The notes under the pieces were generated by a model. It made no database searches. It saw only the letters and a list, made by a program, of their open reading frames with translations, and was not told where the DNA came from. This document shows, one piece after another, positions 22,149-35,600 of a stretch of 64,000 bases of DNA (position 1 is its first letter; each line of letters starts with the position of its first letter). A program made the translations under genes and the position numbers. The stretch is from Ostrea edulis (taxonomy: Eukaryota), in the NCBI RefSeq assembly GCF_947568905.1, contig NC_079166.1, positions 92,318,001-92,382,000 of the forward strand, in the 5' to 3' direction.

Positions 22149-25100
22149 ATGGGTTCTGAATCGACAATGTTGGTCTGTTGTTTCTGTTGTCTTGTGCTGC
22201 CTAGTGTTGTTTTGCAGACATGTGGATTTTTCTCACCATTCTGGATCAAACACAACTTAACAACAGATTGTTTTCTAGGAGTTGTATACAACAAAGACTG
22301 CCCGGACGATACCGAAGGTTGTGTAAGAACTTGCCAACAATTGATGATATAAAAAATTAATGTTTATTGTAAGATGAAACTCCAAACATATGCTGCACTT
22401 CGGTATAGCATTTGACTTTGATTGTGCATGTGCATATTTGTAGGTGTATGATAAAATTGCGTAAAACTGTTTTTAGATTAAAATTATCTTAATTATGATA
22501 TATGACCCCAGTAATGAGATTTGTATGGCAGTGCCCTTTACGTACCTCTTAAGGACATCTTTCAAGTATAATTTGATAATATGCTTGCAGTTTCATATAT
22601 TGCGATCTGACGTTATATTTATATTTCATCTACATGTATTTACTATCTATTAGATTTCTTTGCAGGTTGCAAGTTATACATTTTTATTTCAATGTAGTCC
22701 TTTCTATATTCCTCCTAAACGCCCACTTGTCAATATTACACTGTTTTACGAGTATGTCAGGACGTTTATGAGTATTGAATCGATCTTATGGTGTAATTTG
22801 ATATGATACACAGATTTGCCTGATTTATCATTTAAAGTTAACGCGCATTCACCTTAATAGGATTATTGTCGTTATTCAAATTCTATAGTTTATTAACATA
22901 CAGTCCATTTATCTTTTGTCATAGAACCAAAATCCATATCATTGCACACATGTAAATTACTGTGGATCATTTACGTTCCCATGAACTACTGACTCTTTGC
23001 TATAGGTTTTTAGTAATTTGATTTATATTATTAATATTGCATGGTGAATCAAAATTGGTACCGTATAAGTTGTACATTAACACACGAACTTCACTAACTA
23101 GTAAATATGTACATTGACCACAGCAGTTTTGCAGTGTTAGGTACATGTATGCACAATAAACCACAGAGGATCTACCTTTAGTGTCACATGATGACCCTGG
23201 GTGTCGACCTTGAGTTCTCAAATTGTACCATTATTGTATTGTTCCAGATTCTGTCACGTAAATTTGTCTTCCAAAACAATGTTTCAACGGGTAACTTTGC
23301 GGCGCTTTTGAGTATCGACCTTGCTTTTTAATTCATACCATTGTTGAATGTTTTCACGCATTTCTGTCTTTTAAACAGCAATTGAAGCACAAAAGTCTAA
23401 CTTCGTTTCGGTTTTGAGTTTTCAAATCATGTCATTATTCCATTGTTCTGGACTCTTGCACGTCATTTTTGTATTCCTAAACAGTGATTCAATCAAATAT
23501 AATTTAGTGGTACATGTGTAAAACTTATACGGTACCCATTTTGTTGCACCAGATGCGCATTTCGACAAATAATATCTCTTCAGTGATGCTCAACCGAAAT
23601 GTTTGAAATCCGAAATAACAATGAAGTTTTAGAACTATTATAGGTAAAAACAATGTACCAAAAAAAGTGGAGTCAAATTCGTTTAAGGATAAGAGCTATG
23701 TGTGAGGGAGATAATCCTTAATTTTGAAATGAATTTCTAAATTTCATAACAGCAATTAAATATACATCCGTATTTTTAAGCTAGTAGCGAAGTACTTAGA
23801 TACTGGGCTGTAGAGACCCTCGGGGACTAACCGTCTACCAGCAGAGACCTCGACTACTCCTAAATCAATGCGTGACTTATTTTATCGGGCTAACGGCGGG
23901 TCTGGCCGATTAGCAGGGTATGGTCACTCCTCCTAGACACTCGATCTCACTTTCGATACATACAGGATTCCGTGTTTGTCCAACTCTCTATTTTGTTCTC
24001 CTTATAGGAGTTTATGAGATTGATTACTGTTCATTATTTTCATCTTTCGTGACCTTATATATCATGTGCCTTACTATTCATACATTCTAAAGCTCCTGTC
24101 CTAAATCTTTACAGTGCAATTGCAAGAATAGTTGATTTATTTTAGAAATGCTGTAAACTGTTAAGATTTGTCTAAACGTATCAAACATTATCATACGTGG
24201 GTATATTGTTTACAAACTATCTTTGATAACAGTAGAACAGTAAAGTTTTATGTTTATGGAAGATTAAGATTAAGATTACTTCCAAATAACAGTATTAATG
24301 TATCTATTGTAGTGTTATCTAATAACTTGTACAACGTGAATTATTGGTTTAATGCTAGATGAAAGGTCAAACATTTACGTTCATCATCGACTTGTATGAT
24401 TTATAAACAACGTCAGGGGCCTTATTTGTATATTGTATCCATCCCAAGCCTCCTTTTAACACGTGGTGTGAAAGAAACAATGGCATATATAAGTTTTGAC
24501 AACGAGTTGAGTAGTTAGTTTGTCATCAATATCTATTTTCAAAATATTCACGTATGAAGCAGAAGTGGACGACTCTGTGGTGTCCTTTATTTCGAGCTCA
24601 CAGGGAAACATATAATCGATATATGAATGAAAATTATTATTATTAACATAAAAATAGAAATTCGTCAATCTATCTAAATATTTCATTGAAAGCCACGGCA
24701 ATGTTTGTCTTTTCACGTAGACGTTTATGAATAAATTCTGCTTCATAAGACCATAAAAGCAGACCAGCAATTCGTGTCCATAGGAATCCCAACAGACTGT
24801 TGGAAGACCTGGTCACCAAAGACATGTAAGGTATCAGGGGGGCGTGGTTTCTCAAGAGAGGGGGTGAGTTGTCTTGAAGAGGGGGCGAGTTGTCTTGGAA
24901 ACAAGTTGTCATGATACTGTCTCTTTTAAATTTCCACGCTAAAAAGCATTAACTAATAAGGCTCAAATATTAGAATATTCCCCATATGATACAAACATAT
25001 TTATATATTGTGACTTAACGATTCATTGTGACGTCAAATGTGTTAGGTGTTTTTCTATAGTGCATTTTAAATATTAGCATAATCTACATTTAATTCGTGT

Positions 25101-28031
25101 TCTTTTTACTATTACTGATACGACATCCATGTTTGTAATATATTAAACCATTTGTGTATCTATCATTAGGTCTTGGTTCAGCTGCCCTCGGACTACAGGC
25201 TACGGCGTTTACTATCATTGCCCTAACAACAGTAATCTCCATCTGTTTCATCTGCTGTAACAACGATGATGAGGACGATGACGATGATGTTGGGTGTTGT
25301 GCAAAATTTGGCGTCTGTTTGATATGCCTATATCCTGTCGCAGGTGTGATTTTGTTTTGTTTTCAAGAGTGTGACTTCTTTCCACAATCATATATGTTCT
25401 GCCATTTAGCATTACCAGTTAAGCACTGTCCTTCATCCTTTTCGTGATTAGACAAACATTATGTATGATTCTCAGGTTGCTAGTTTTGTTTTAAAAAACA
25501 TGGTAACGTCACAAGAAATTGCACCTTTCCCTTCCAACTAACACGAACTATTATGACAAAGAATATAAATAATACCGCAATGAAAACGTGAATATGATGA
25601 ACAGTGATCAATCTCAGAATACACCCTTAAAATACAAAATTAAAAGTAGGGCAAACAGGGATACGTGGACACATAAGGTATTTTGTCCTAGTGTTTCAAA
25701 GAATATAAAGATATGAAGAGGGTCAAAATAGTGAATAATTACCTAAAGATAGTATACTTTAAAATTACGAGAAGGGCAAACAGACTCCTGGACATATCTA
25801 AATCGAGAAAACAGCTTTTGCCTTGATCAAGTGATTAAAACATGAATTTATTCATGAGTTGTTATTTTCACTTTATGTATCCTACTCCAGGTATTATTGG
25901 ATTCGCCGGCTGTATGGTGGTAGTCGCTGATTATGGAGACCATGATAAAGGCTGGTCTTTCTATCTTTGTTTGGTGGCGTCTTGTTACGTTATCCTTGAG
26001 GTATGTGTTCTTACGATGATTAACAGTTTTTTTTAAGCTTTTAATTAGAGGTCAATGGAATTTGGAATTGTGATGATAATATCTGTTAATATTTGTGTTG
26101 TTTTGTTTCGCTTATGGAAATTCGGATGCATATTTCATTATGATATCATTAGCCCTAAGGTGAGAGAAAATTAGTCTGCAATGAAAAGATGAAGAAAACG
26201 AACAATTATCGATTTCATAATTACTATCGTTAATACAAATTTACAGATAGGGAAAACACAGGTCCCTCGACACATCAGGGGTGGGATCAGATGTCTAGGA
26301 GGAATGAAATGTGAATATAACGGACAGTGGTCAATCTCATAACTCCTATAAGCAATATAAAATAGGGAATTGGGTAAACACGGGCCCCTGGATATATTGG
26401 GCGTTCCGATGAACCGGTCAGACCCACTGTGGACCCTATATATTGAACCTGTCATTGGGTCAAATGTTGACTGGCATGTTCCATACCAATTGTTAGGCCG
26501 TTCTTTACACATTGATTTTGACTGCGGATTACTCCGTATACCTGATCGAGATATATAAATCACATCAGGTGTGGCTGGTCGACAGTAGATACTTTCTCCT
26601 CCTAAGCACCTAACCCCACCTCTGGTCCGGGGGTCCGTGTTTGCTCAATTCTTAATTTTGAATTCCTTCGGAGTTATGATATTGGCCACTGTTCGTTATC
26701 TTCATCTTTTCATGTACATACTGCCATAAGTGTCTAAAACAATTTATATAAATCAAACCAAATTTGTGTGAAGTAGACCAGCTGCTTTAATTATGGTAAA
26801 GTCAATGCATTCCATGGGGGTCATTTTCATGGGTTTCGGAGGTAGCCGTGTCCATGTAATTTAAATATCTACGAAATACACAACTTATGTGATGGTTTCA
26901 TATACCTAAACCGTTTATGTGGCCTGTAATGTTGCAAACAGGATCGATGTATAAAACGCGACAATCGACAAAGATTGCTTTCCCCAAATCAAAATGATCT
27001 GTTCCTAAGTGTTGTATGGAACAATGTATAAAGGAGGTTCGCATCAACTGAATTGACATTTCAAATGGTACGGGTGAAGGTACACTGTGAATAATGTCAT
27101 GGACCCTACAAATGATATGAAATTGAGAAACGAGGGGGCACACGGATCTTGGAAAGGTTTGGGGGTCATCATGCGCCTTTGATGTATAAACAGTCCTCTT
27201 AATCAGTCACATCCGCCGTGAGCTCTTTTTCCTCTCAAGGAGACGGAGTTATGGAATCCAAGGCTTACATTCGTCTCAATCAACAAGTAGGTGTTTCTTT
27301 TTAGCGTAGTGGGCAACACATACTCCTCTCCTTTCTGTGACTGTGGCTGAATTCCGTCATCGACAATGATCATATTTAAGGTGTCATTGGTAATCGGTAA
27401 TAATACTAATAATAACATTCATTAATATAGCGCCTTATATAACTATAAATATCCACTCTAAGCGCTGCACACAATAAAAATGATACATGTTATAAAAGTA
27501 GTAAAAGGAAGTTACAATAACATTAAGACATGATAATATTAAAACACTAATCGGTGATAGTTTTCTCCAAAGGACTCTGATTTCGTCTTTAACGATCTCA
27601 TTCATGTACAGAGGGGGTACGCAAATTTGTAATGATCTTGGTTTTACCGACGAAGACCAAAATCGACATTTATTATCATGTGTATGCGGGGAGTGATAGC
27701 TACTAAAATTGAATTATAACAAATCAAACATGCAAATCAAACTATTCTAAGTTGAATTCTTTAATTTCAGATGATTTTCTGCTGCTGTGTTTTATGTAAG
27801 GCAGCAAAGGAAGGTAACAGCGACACGGAGGGTGGACAAGGGAATGTTGGCTATGTTGGAGATGAGGTCCAGCATTACGGGACCAGATATGATGGGCAGT
27901 CTGTAACTTCTCCCAGTGGTGGAGGAATGATAGTGGGTCAGATTATGGAACACCAACATGTGGCTCTTACTGGGACTGGGTCACTCATAGTGAGGAAGCT
28001 GCAGATTGCAAGAGTGTTCCGTATCAGCTGA
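22149..28031 (+). CDS. Cysteine-rich four-transmembrane protein, claudin/PMP22-like; 237 aa
   Basis: Exons 22149-22317, 25170-25343, 25891-26000, 27771-28031; GT-AG with phases 1/1/0; 714 nt open. Four hydrophobic segments; claudin-like SPFW after TM1, a C..G..Y...C loop, and GWSFYL before TM4. Confidence 0.85.
23546..23589 (-). ncRNA. Minimal type I hammerhead ribozyme within a ~350-bp repeat (about 23518-23860)
   Basis: Minus strand reads GCAUCA-CUGAAGA-GAUAUUAUUUGUC-GAAA-UGCGCA-UC-UGGUGC: intact core, 6-bp stem I, 3-bp stem II, palindromic stem III, AUC cleavage triplet. Confidence 0.85.
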
Positions 28032-28424
28032 CATGCATTTATAACTTGCTTAATGCATCGCATCAATATATGTATTTGCTTTCAGGATATATTTTGAACA
28101 AAGATGTGTTTCAAACATAAAAACTGAAGTATATTGCCTTATGAAAGAATTACTTGTAATTAAATTTTCATAACATCTGATTTTCTGAATTCTTTATTTT
28201 CGTCTATTCGAAGAAACATCACTTCGTAAAATTTTTAAAGGCGTATCCCCCTAATAGTTCTACAACATATTGCCCAGCATTTGTGAATTGCCTATGCTTA
28301 TCAACATTTCCTTTTGTTGTCATAGATAGAATATAAGCTTCTTACTATATGGTTTAAAATTCAATAAGTAAAAACACAAAAGTGCATTGCTCAACATACA
28401 ATATTAGGAGGGAATATAGTTTGC

Positions 28425-28580
28425 GTGTGATGGAATTAAGAAAAAAGGCCAAGGAAACTGATGAAGAATAAAGAGAAAAAAAAAGGTCGAGGAAACTGAA
28501 GAAAAATATAGCCAAAAAAAGGCCAAGGAAACTGAAGAAGACTATAGAGAATAAGGCCAAGGAAACTGAAAAAGAATATA
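28425..28580. repeat. ~35-bp degenerate tandem repeat
   Basis: Recurrent AAGGCCAAGGAAACTGAAGAA. Confidence 0.7.
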
Positions 28581-29179
28581 GAGCGTTTCTTCTTACCTTA
28601 TTTTGTTCACAGATAAAGATTAACCTTCTAACAGGGTTACTTCCAGGAATTTTATGAATTAAGATTTAACTGATAGATTGTCAAATATGTTTCCGAGAAT
28701 AATTCTTAAGCATCGTTAAAATTACTTTGGTAAGTTTCATGTAAAAGTTCACTCTTCATTTGTTTTACGGGTATCTCGAGCATTTGAACAGTAAAGTTAA
28801 AAAAATTCTTTCAAATGAAGTTTATAGCTTAAGAATGTATATTTGTATCACTTCAAAAACATATTTTTAACATAGATAATTTCCATAGTAAGACAGTAGA
28901 TATATGTTTATAAATCAGTGTCATTGTACATTCTAAATGGTCATAATTAATATAACTATTCCTAGTTGTTTGTAATTATAAAATGTTTATATAAGACTAA
29001 TTCACCTTTTCTGATTGTACATATTTTATTTGATCAATTCATGCTAATTAACATAAAAATCATAAGAAACCTAAAGCAAAACATTCACAGTTCCTTCCGT
29101 GTTATGTCAGTTGACTGTTGCTGCCTAGTTTGGTGTTGCAGTTTTTTTATCTTTGTTTTGGAATAAACAAAACAAAAAT

Positions 29180-29376
29180 TTGTGTCGATGAGTCCTCTAT
29201 AACATACACTGTCCAGATGATACTGAACGGGTTGTAAACCTTTGTCGATGAATCCTCTACAACATACACTGGCCAGATGATACTGAACGGGCTGTAAACC
29301 TTCGTCGATGAATCCTCTACAACATACACTGCCCAGATGATACTGAACGGGCTGTAAACCTTCGTCGATGAACACT
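29180..29376. repeat. 60-bp tandem repeat (about 3.3 copies)
   Basis: Unit GTCGATGAATCCTCTACAACATACACTGGCCAGATGATACTGAACGGGCTGTAAACCTTC; accounts for ORFs 29085-29381 and 29147-29431. A ~45-bp duplication follows at about 29430-29527. Confidence 0.9.
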
Positions 29377-29612
29377 GACATGGAATGAAAAGATTCTGAA
29401 ATACTATAATTTTGAGCTTAATCAGATGCATCAGATGTGTCTTTTAGCATGATTTGTGTTCTACATTCATGAAACATCTGATGTGTCTTTTAGCATGATT
29501 TGTGTTCTAGATTCATGAAACATCTGATCTCTGATGTGAATGAATATATTCCTGTGTGGAACTACAAGTATACGCTGAGTGTATGTAAAACTTAGACGGT
29601 ACCAATTCCGAT

Positions 29613-29652
29613 GCACCAGATGCGCATTTCGATAAATGTCTCTTCAGTGATG
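29613..29652 (-). ncRNA. Second hammerhead ribozyme copy (core intact, stem II weakened)
   Basis: Minus strand CAUCA-CUGAAGA-GACAUUUAUC-GAAA-UGCGCA-UC-UGGUGC, with the same GTAAAACTTA.ACGGTACCAATT flank as the 23520 copy. Confidence 0.7.
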
Positions 29653-32600
29653 ATCAAACTTTTGTATACATGTATATCACGAATTAGCTCCTCGAAGATC
29701 ATAACTATAAAGTAATATGATAAATGAAAAGATGAAGGTACCGAACAGTGATCAATCTCGTCATTCCTATACAGAATACAAAATTAGGAGTAAAACAAAC
29801 ATCAACCCAGGAAACACCTATGGTCGGATCATGTGCCTTGTTGGAATACGTAATACCCTGTCGACCGATCAAACCCACCTTGAATCCCATATATTGATCA
29901 GATTAAAATATATTCCATTTCACGACAAGTCCAAGGATCATATCTAAACCACTAATCGTTGCAAATGAACTGAACAAGCTTATCATACTGTTTATCAAGT
30001 CAGGTTTATCTCAGAGATAACAGGGTAAAACAGGAAATGTTCTTCCACAGAATGTTGAAGAAATGAACTTAAAATTGTCTACACATATAACGAAATTTGA
30101 AGTTCTTGAAAAGGAGACAGAAAGAGTGGAAACTGAAAGAGACATATTGTCTTCTAAAGACTTGGAAGATCTTACACTTGAAAATGATTTAATGAGTAAT
30201 TCAGTTGCAAAGAAAAGAAGAGAAAAAGATTTTTTTTGTTTCCGAAATTACCAAGATCAAAGCAACTAATCAAAGCCTAGGCATGTCAGTAAGTGATGCT
30301 GAGACAGAAGTAGAAAAATTAAAGACTGAGTTACAAGAGAACACTATTGTCCAAGACGAAAGTGAAAACTTGTTACAGCAAAGCTTGACAGAATCCAAAT
30401 CTCAGTTTGAAGATAATGTGAAGTTGAATGAGATGTTTTCAATTCTACAGTCAGAGCTAATCACCACTAAAACAGAAAATCAAGATAAAGAAAAACAACG
30501 CTCATTTCTTACTGAAAGCACATTATTTCTAGAGACTGAATTAAAAAACCTAGAATCAACAGAAATTGAACTGAGAGATAAGTTAAAGACATTTCAAGAC
30601 GAAATAGATGCCAGACTAGTTTTAGTGGAAGAAAAGCTGATTTCTCTAAATGACAAAAAGAAAACATTAATCGACAAGAAAGACCCATTTATAGACAAGC
30701 TGTCTCTGACAGAATCACAAATGTGTGTTCTGCAGGCTGAAGTTGAGGATTTACAGATGCAGAATGTTGTTGAAAAAGAACTTGTATTGAAACATATCAA
30801 AGAACTTCATTGCACAAGTGACAGGCTGCGACATTTGGAAGAAAGTGCCTGTGCTTTAGAATATTCTTTTAAGAACCAACGTAGTTTGCTTCAGACAAAA
30901 GAGGAAACAATTGTAGAACTTAATGAATCAAAAACAATATCAGAAACACAAATGGTGAATTTTCTGAAAGAATTACAAGATATGAAGTCAGAGCATGCAG
31001 AAAAAATTAATAATTCAGAAATTCTAATAAACTCTCTGATGTCTGATATCAACTGTCTAAGGGAGGGAAAAGAGAGGTTGGATAATCAGAACCAGGCTCT
31101 AACGAGCAATTTCCAATCTCAAGTTGAAAAAAATAGAGAACTACAAAAGAAAGTATAGCAACGTGATCAAGAAATCACTGTCTTGATGGAACATTCTCAA
31201 GAACTAGAAAACCGTTGCTTTGAGATAACTGAAGTTATTACGAAAGTGAGATCGGATGAGAATAAGAACAAATAAAAAAAAAAAACATGATGAAATGGTT
31301 AAAAGAACACTAAAATAAAATGCCCTGAGGGAGATCTTAAGAAACTAATGCTCGACTTGGAAAGTAAAGATAAACAACTAGATAAGATCAATTCAGATTT
31401 AGTATCAACAAATGAAGCTTGTAGAAGTACAACAGATAGATTGCAACAAACATGCAATAACATGCGAGGAAAATACATCAACGAGCAAAACAGATGTAGT
31501 GAATTTCAAACTAGAGTAACAGAGGTAGAGACTGAGGTAAAGACCAAGGATGTACTCATAGAAGAGTTAAGACAGTTACACAAACAAAACCGACTTGAAA
31601 TTGACACTGAAGAAGGTAAATGAAGAAGTTAATGTCCTGGAAAATGAATTAAAGCAACAGAAAATTAATTATCATCAAATGGTTTCTGAAAAAGAACAGG
31701 AGAAGGGCATCAATGTTGCGCTGTTCAAAGTATTAGAAGAAGAAATTGAAATGCTGAATGAAACTAACCAAAAGCATAGAATGATTATAACAAAACTGCA
31801 GGTGCATAGTAAGACAAAGTCTAAAGAAATCCATGATTTAGAAATGATGATAAAGAAATTAGATATGAATTTAGAGAGTAAAATCAGAATAGAGGTGGAA
31901 AATGGAAAAGAAGATACGGCAAATGCAAAGGAGAAACTGAGGAAAGACATTCTAGAATGTAAAGAAATGCTACAGGATAGGGATGTTAAGCTGTCGGAAT
32001 TAGAATTTAAATGTAATGAGTTGAATAAAAGCAACCAAGAGCTTGAATGCAATTATTCTTCTTTGGAATGTAACATGAAAGATGCAGAAGAAATGCGTAT
32101 TAAAGAAATACAATCCATGGAGGAAAGGTTAAAAAATTCATCCAGGGATTTTGAAGACATGTCTGAAAAGAATAGAATGCTAAATGAAGAGTTATTGTGT
32201 GCTAAACAGGAGTGCCAGTCTCTTAGTGTAGAGATGGATAGTCTTCAATTGAAGCTTGACACTTTTATACACGAGAAGAATGAGCTTTTACAAGAAAATA
32301 ATGATTTAGAAGTGTCGAACAGAGAATTGATCAAGGCAAGAGAAGAATTGACATCAGTCCAAGAAGATTTCGAGAATTTAGTGGGAGAAAAAACGATGTT
32401 GATGAAGGAATTGAAAGAATTGCAGACCAAACTTGTGACTGAAACAGAACTTCTCAACAAAGATGTTGAAGAAAAAGAAGTGTCTTTATCAACTTTAAAT
32501 CGTCCGGTGGAATCATTAACTCTAATCAATACTGAACTAGAAAATGAGACTTTGTGCTTGAAAGATGCGGTAAACGAATTGCAAAGTGCGAGTAAGAGAA

Positions 32601-35600
32601 ATGAAGAACTTAGCATTGCGTTTAAAACAAAAGAAGATGTGTTTGATCAAAAAATTGAAATGCTGATACTACAGAATGAAGATTACGTTGAAAAATTCCA
32701 AGATTTAGATTCCTTGCTTATGAATGAAAGCCAGAAGAATACTGGTCTTAAAAATCAACTCCAAGAAAGCATAATAAAACTGAATTATATGGAGTTGTTT
32801 AGAAAAGGAATATGCTGAATTGAAAATATGTTTTCAAGAAAAGAATGATCAGTACGAGAATTGTCTGAATAAGGCAGGGGCTGTCGAGTCAGATATTCTG
32901 CACATGAATGCCATCATGGGAAAAATGAAGGAGGACATGTCTTATAAAGTAACATCCATTGAAGAACTCACAAAGTAAAATGAAATGTTGAAGCAAGACA
33001 ATTTTAGAGGAAAAGAAAAGCAGAGAAATGATAGATTGCAATGTGAAGAATTTGAATTGATGTTAGAAAAGAACAACACGGCTTTGGATGCTTGTTTGAA
33101 GTGGTTGAAATCATTGTTCAAAGAGCTAACACTAGGCACAGATGACGCTGAAGAAACAACTTACATTGATGGATGGATTGGATTAGTTAACACAGAGATC
33201 TTGACATTGAAAAGAAATCTTCTTTTAAATATATCAGAAGAAAACACCTCCCTTCTTAAACAAATAGAAGCCAAATCAAGAAAGCTGAATCGTGTTGAAG
33301 AAGAATTGAAACAAGGAAGATGTGAGGTCGAAACTGTGAACAGTAAACATTATTTAATGCTATCAGAATATGAGGAGCTGCAACAAGCATTGCTCAGTAT
33401 AAATACTAATAGTGGGATTACTTTGACAACAAACAAGAAAATGAAGGAGGAGATGAATGATCAACAAGCAAAACTTCAGAAGCTAACTGAAGCTAACGAG
33501 GTTTTGGAACATCGGTGTGACGGTTACGAACAGGGATTAAGGAAGTTGTTACAAACAACAGAACACAGTTCACTCGAGTTTTCAGATGAATTCTATGGAA
33601 GAGATGGAAACGTTTCAATGCTTGAAAAACTTGAGGAGTTTATAAGCTCAATGAAAGGAAGTATGCTCAAGCTGGATAAGGAGAAAACAACGCTGGAAGA
33701 TGAGCTACAGAAAGCAGATAGTACCCTGAAAGATGTGACACTATCTCATGAATAATTGACACATAAAGCCACAGACACAGGGACTCGTTAAAAGCTGATA
33801 TTACAGACGAAAGAGAAAGTAGATTTAGAACTTTCAAAATGCGAAAGTGAGTATTCCGCATTGAGAGAGCCGTTCCATGCATTGACGGATGCAAACGAGG
33901 CTCTGAAATTTCAGGTAACGTACATATGTTTTGAACTAAGAGAATATGAAAGTAGAGCCGTCATGATGTGTTTTAGCATTGACAGTAATTATTCATTTTC
34001 GCTTGTTTTGAGCCTTTGGCATTATTTTATTTCTATGACGTGTATTTTCCAAATCAAGATGACAAATTTCGAAAGATGTTCTATCAGAAATCTTTAGGAA
34101 TCTATTAGTATGAAACAATGAAATATAACATCTCCCAATTATTTTTTCAGTACTTTGTTGCCAATTTGCAACAACAATTCATCAATGTATTTTGGAGAAT
34201 TTCTTTAAAGGACTGGTTTAAAGGGATTGGTTTCATTCTACACTTTGTATTATTTCTAGTTGGACAGTTTTAGTGGAAACTCTGATTTGGGGTTAAGGTA
34301 TATTTAAAGATCGAGTATCAAGACACCAGTACTAGTTTTTAAATGCCAAAATTAAAGTTTCATTGCTCTGATCCCCCCTTACCAAATTCCTTCAAAAGAA
34401 TTGTCATAAACTCTTCACCTACATGTGTACATGTTACACAAAGAAATGACATTTTGGCAGTAAATCCTGTTCAGACTTGTCATCCTTGTCCTAAAAAAGT
34501 TGCAATTAAAGGAAAAGTAGCTGATAACGTTAATAGTAAAGTATAAATATGAGTTATATAAATATACGAGTAAGTAAGAAGGATTCCATCAGGATTTAGT
34601 CTCTTCACGTCATGTTTTTAGAGCCAAATTTATTCCTATTGACTTTGAACATATGGATACTGATGACAATGAGAACGTACAGTTATGGCCAGATCACTCT
34701 ACATGTGATTGAAAAAAGGAGATTTGTAGTGCATTGAGTTTTGTTAGTTAGTATAGTTAGGATAATTTCTGTGCTAAATTCGACCTTAAGGATATGGGGC
34801 ATTGTTTTATGTTAACAAAACTGCTTTCCTATTTATTTTTGAGGCTTCATTCGTACTTATCGTCTCAAATCATTTTCATTTAGCTACATGAAAAAGAAAA
34901 TATAATACTGGACCTCCGAAGAGACTCTAAAGAAGCGATGGACCAAAACGATCAGAAAATAAGTGATTTGTTGTCGGTACAAGAAAACCTAATTAGGCAA
35001 AAGTAAGATATTACGATTAAACTTGAAAAAGTTCTAAGAGAGTTGTGTGAGTTGCAAAGGGAATTCAAGGTGCAAAATGGTAAGAATGTTAAACTGAGGA
35101 ATTCTATTGAAGAAAAAGAGAATCGCTTACTACAACACAAAGTGGAATCAAAGGAGTATGAATCTAGAATAGTTAAACTCCAACAGGAGTTAGAAATTCA
35201 GAGAAGCTCACACAAACCGCTGACTGAAAAACCATTGAGTAGTGCAGAGGATAGGAACACAGACTTCGAAAAACTTTATGGTGAAATTAAGAAACTTCAG
35301 AAACTTTGTAAAGAAAAGGCTGCCAAGATATCTAAAATGACACAAGAAATGAACAACCAAGACCTGGGGGACAGAAAGGCTTTTGAAAATAAAGTAGAGA
35401 AATTGGAAACAACGTTAAAAGAGGTTATTGACGAAAGAGAAAGTATGTGAATTGAAAATCAAAAGTTGCAGAAAATGTATAAAGGCAGGGAAGTGAAACT
35501 AAAGAAATTGGACGAAATAGTAACATAACAGGAGAAACTGCTGAGTCAGTACGAAGCAGATAAACTTATCTTAAGCGAAAGTGTGAATGAACTGAATGAA

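Noticed and set aside
24831-24917. Complete MITE (GTATCA...TGATAC with GGGGCGAGTTGTCT repeats)
   Set aside because: No TSD is identifiable and the inverted match is only 6 bp; at most it is a fragment.
29085-29431. Repetitive ORFs as proteins (also 3640-3856, 4231-4564, 7026-7325, 58653-58992)
   Set aside because: They are stop-free translations of tandem repeats or retroelement UTR duplications.
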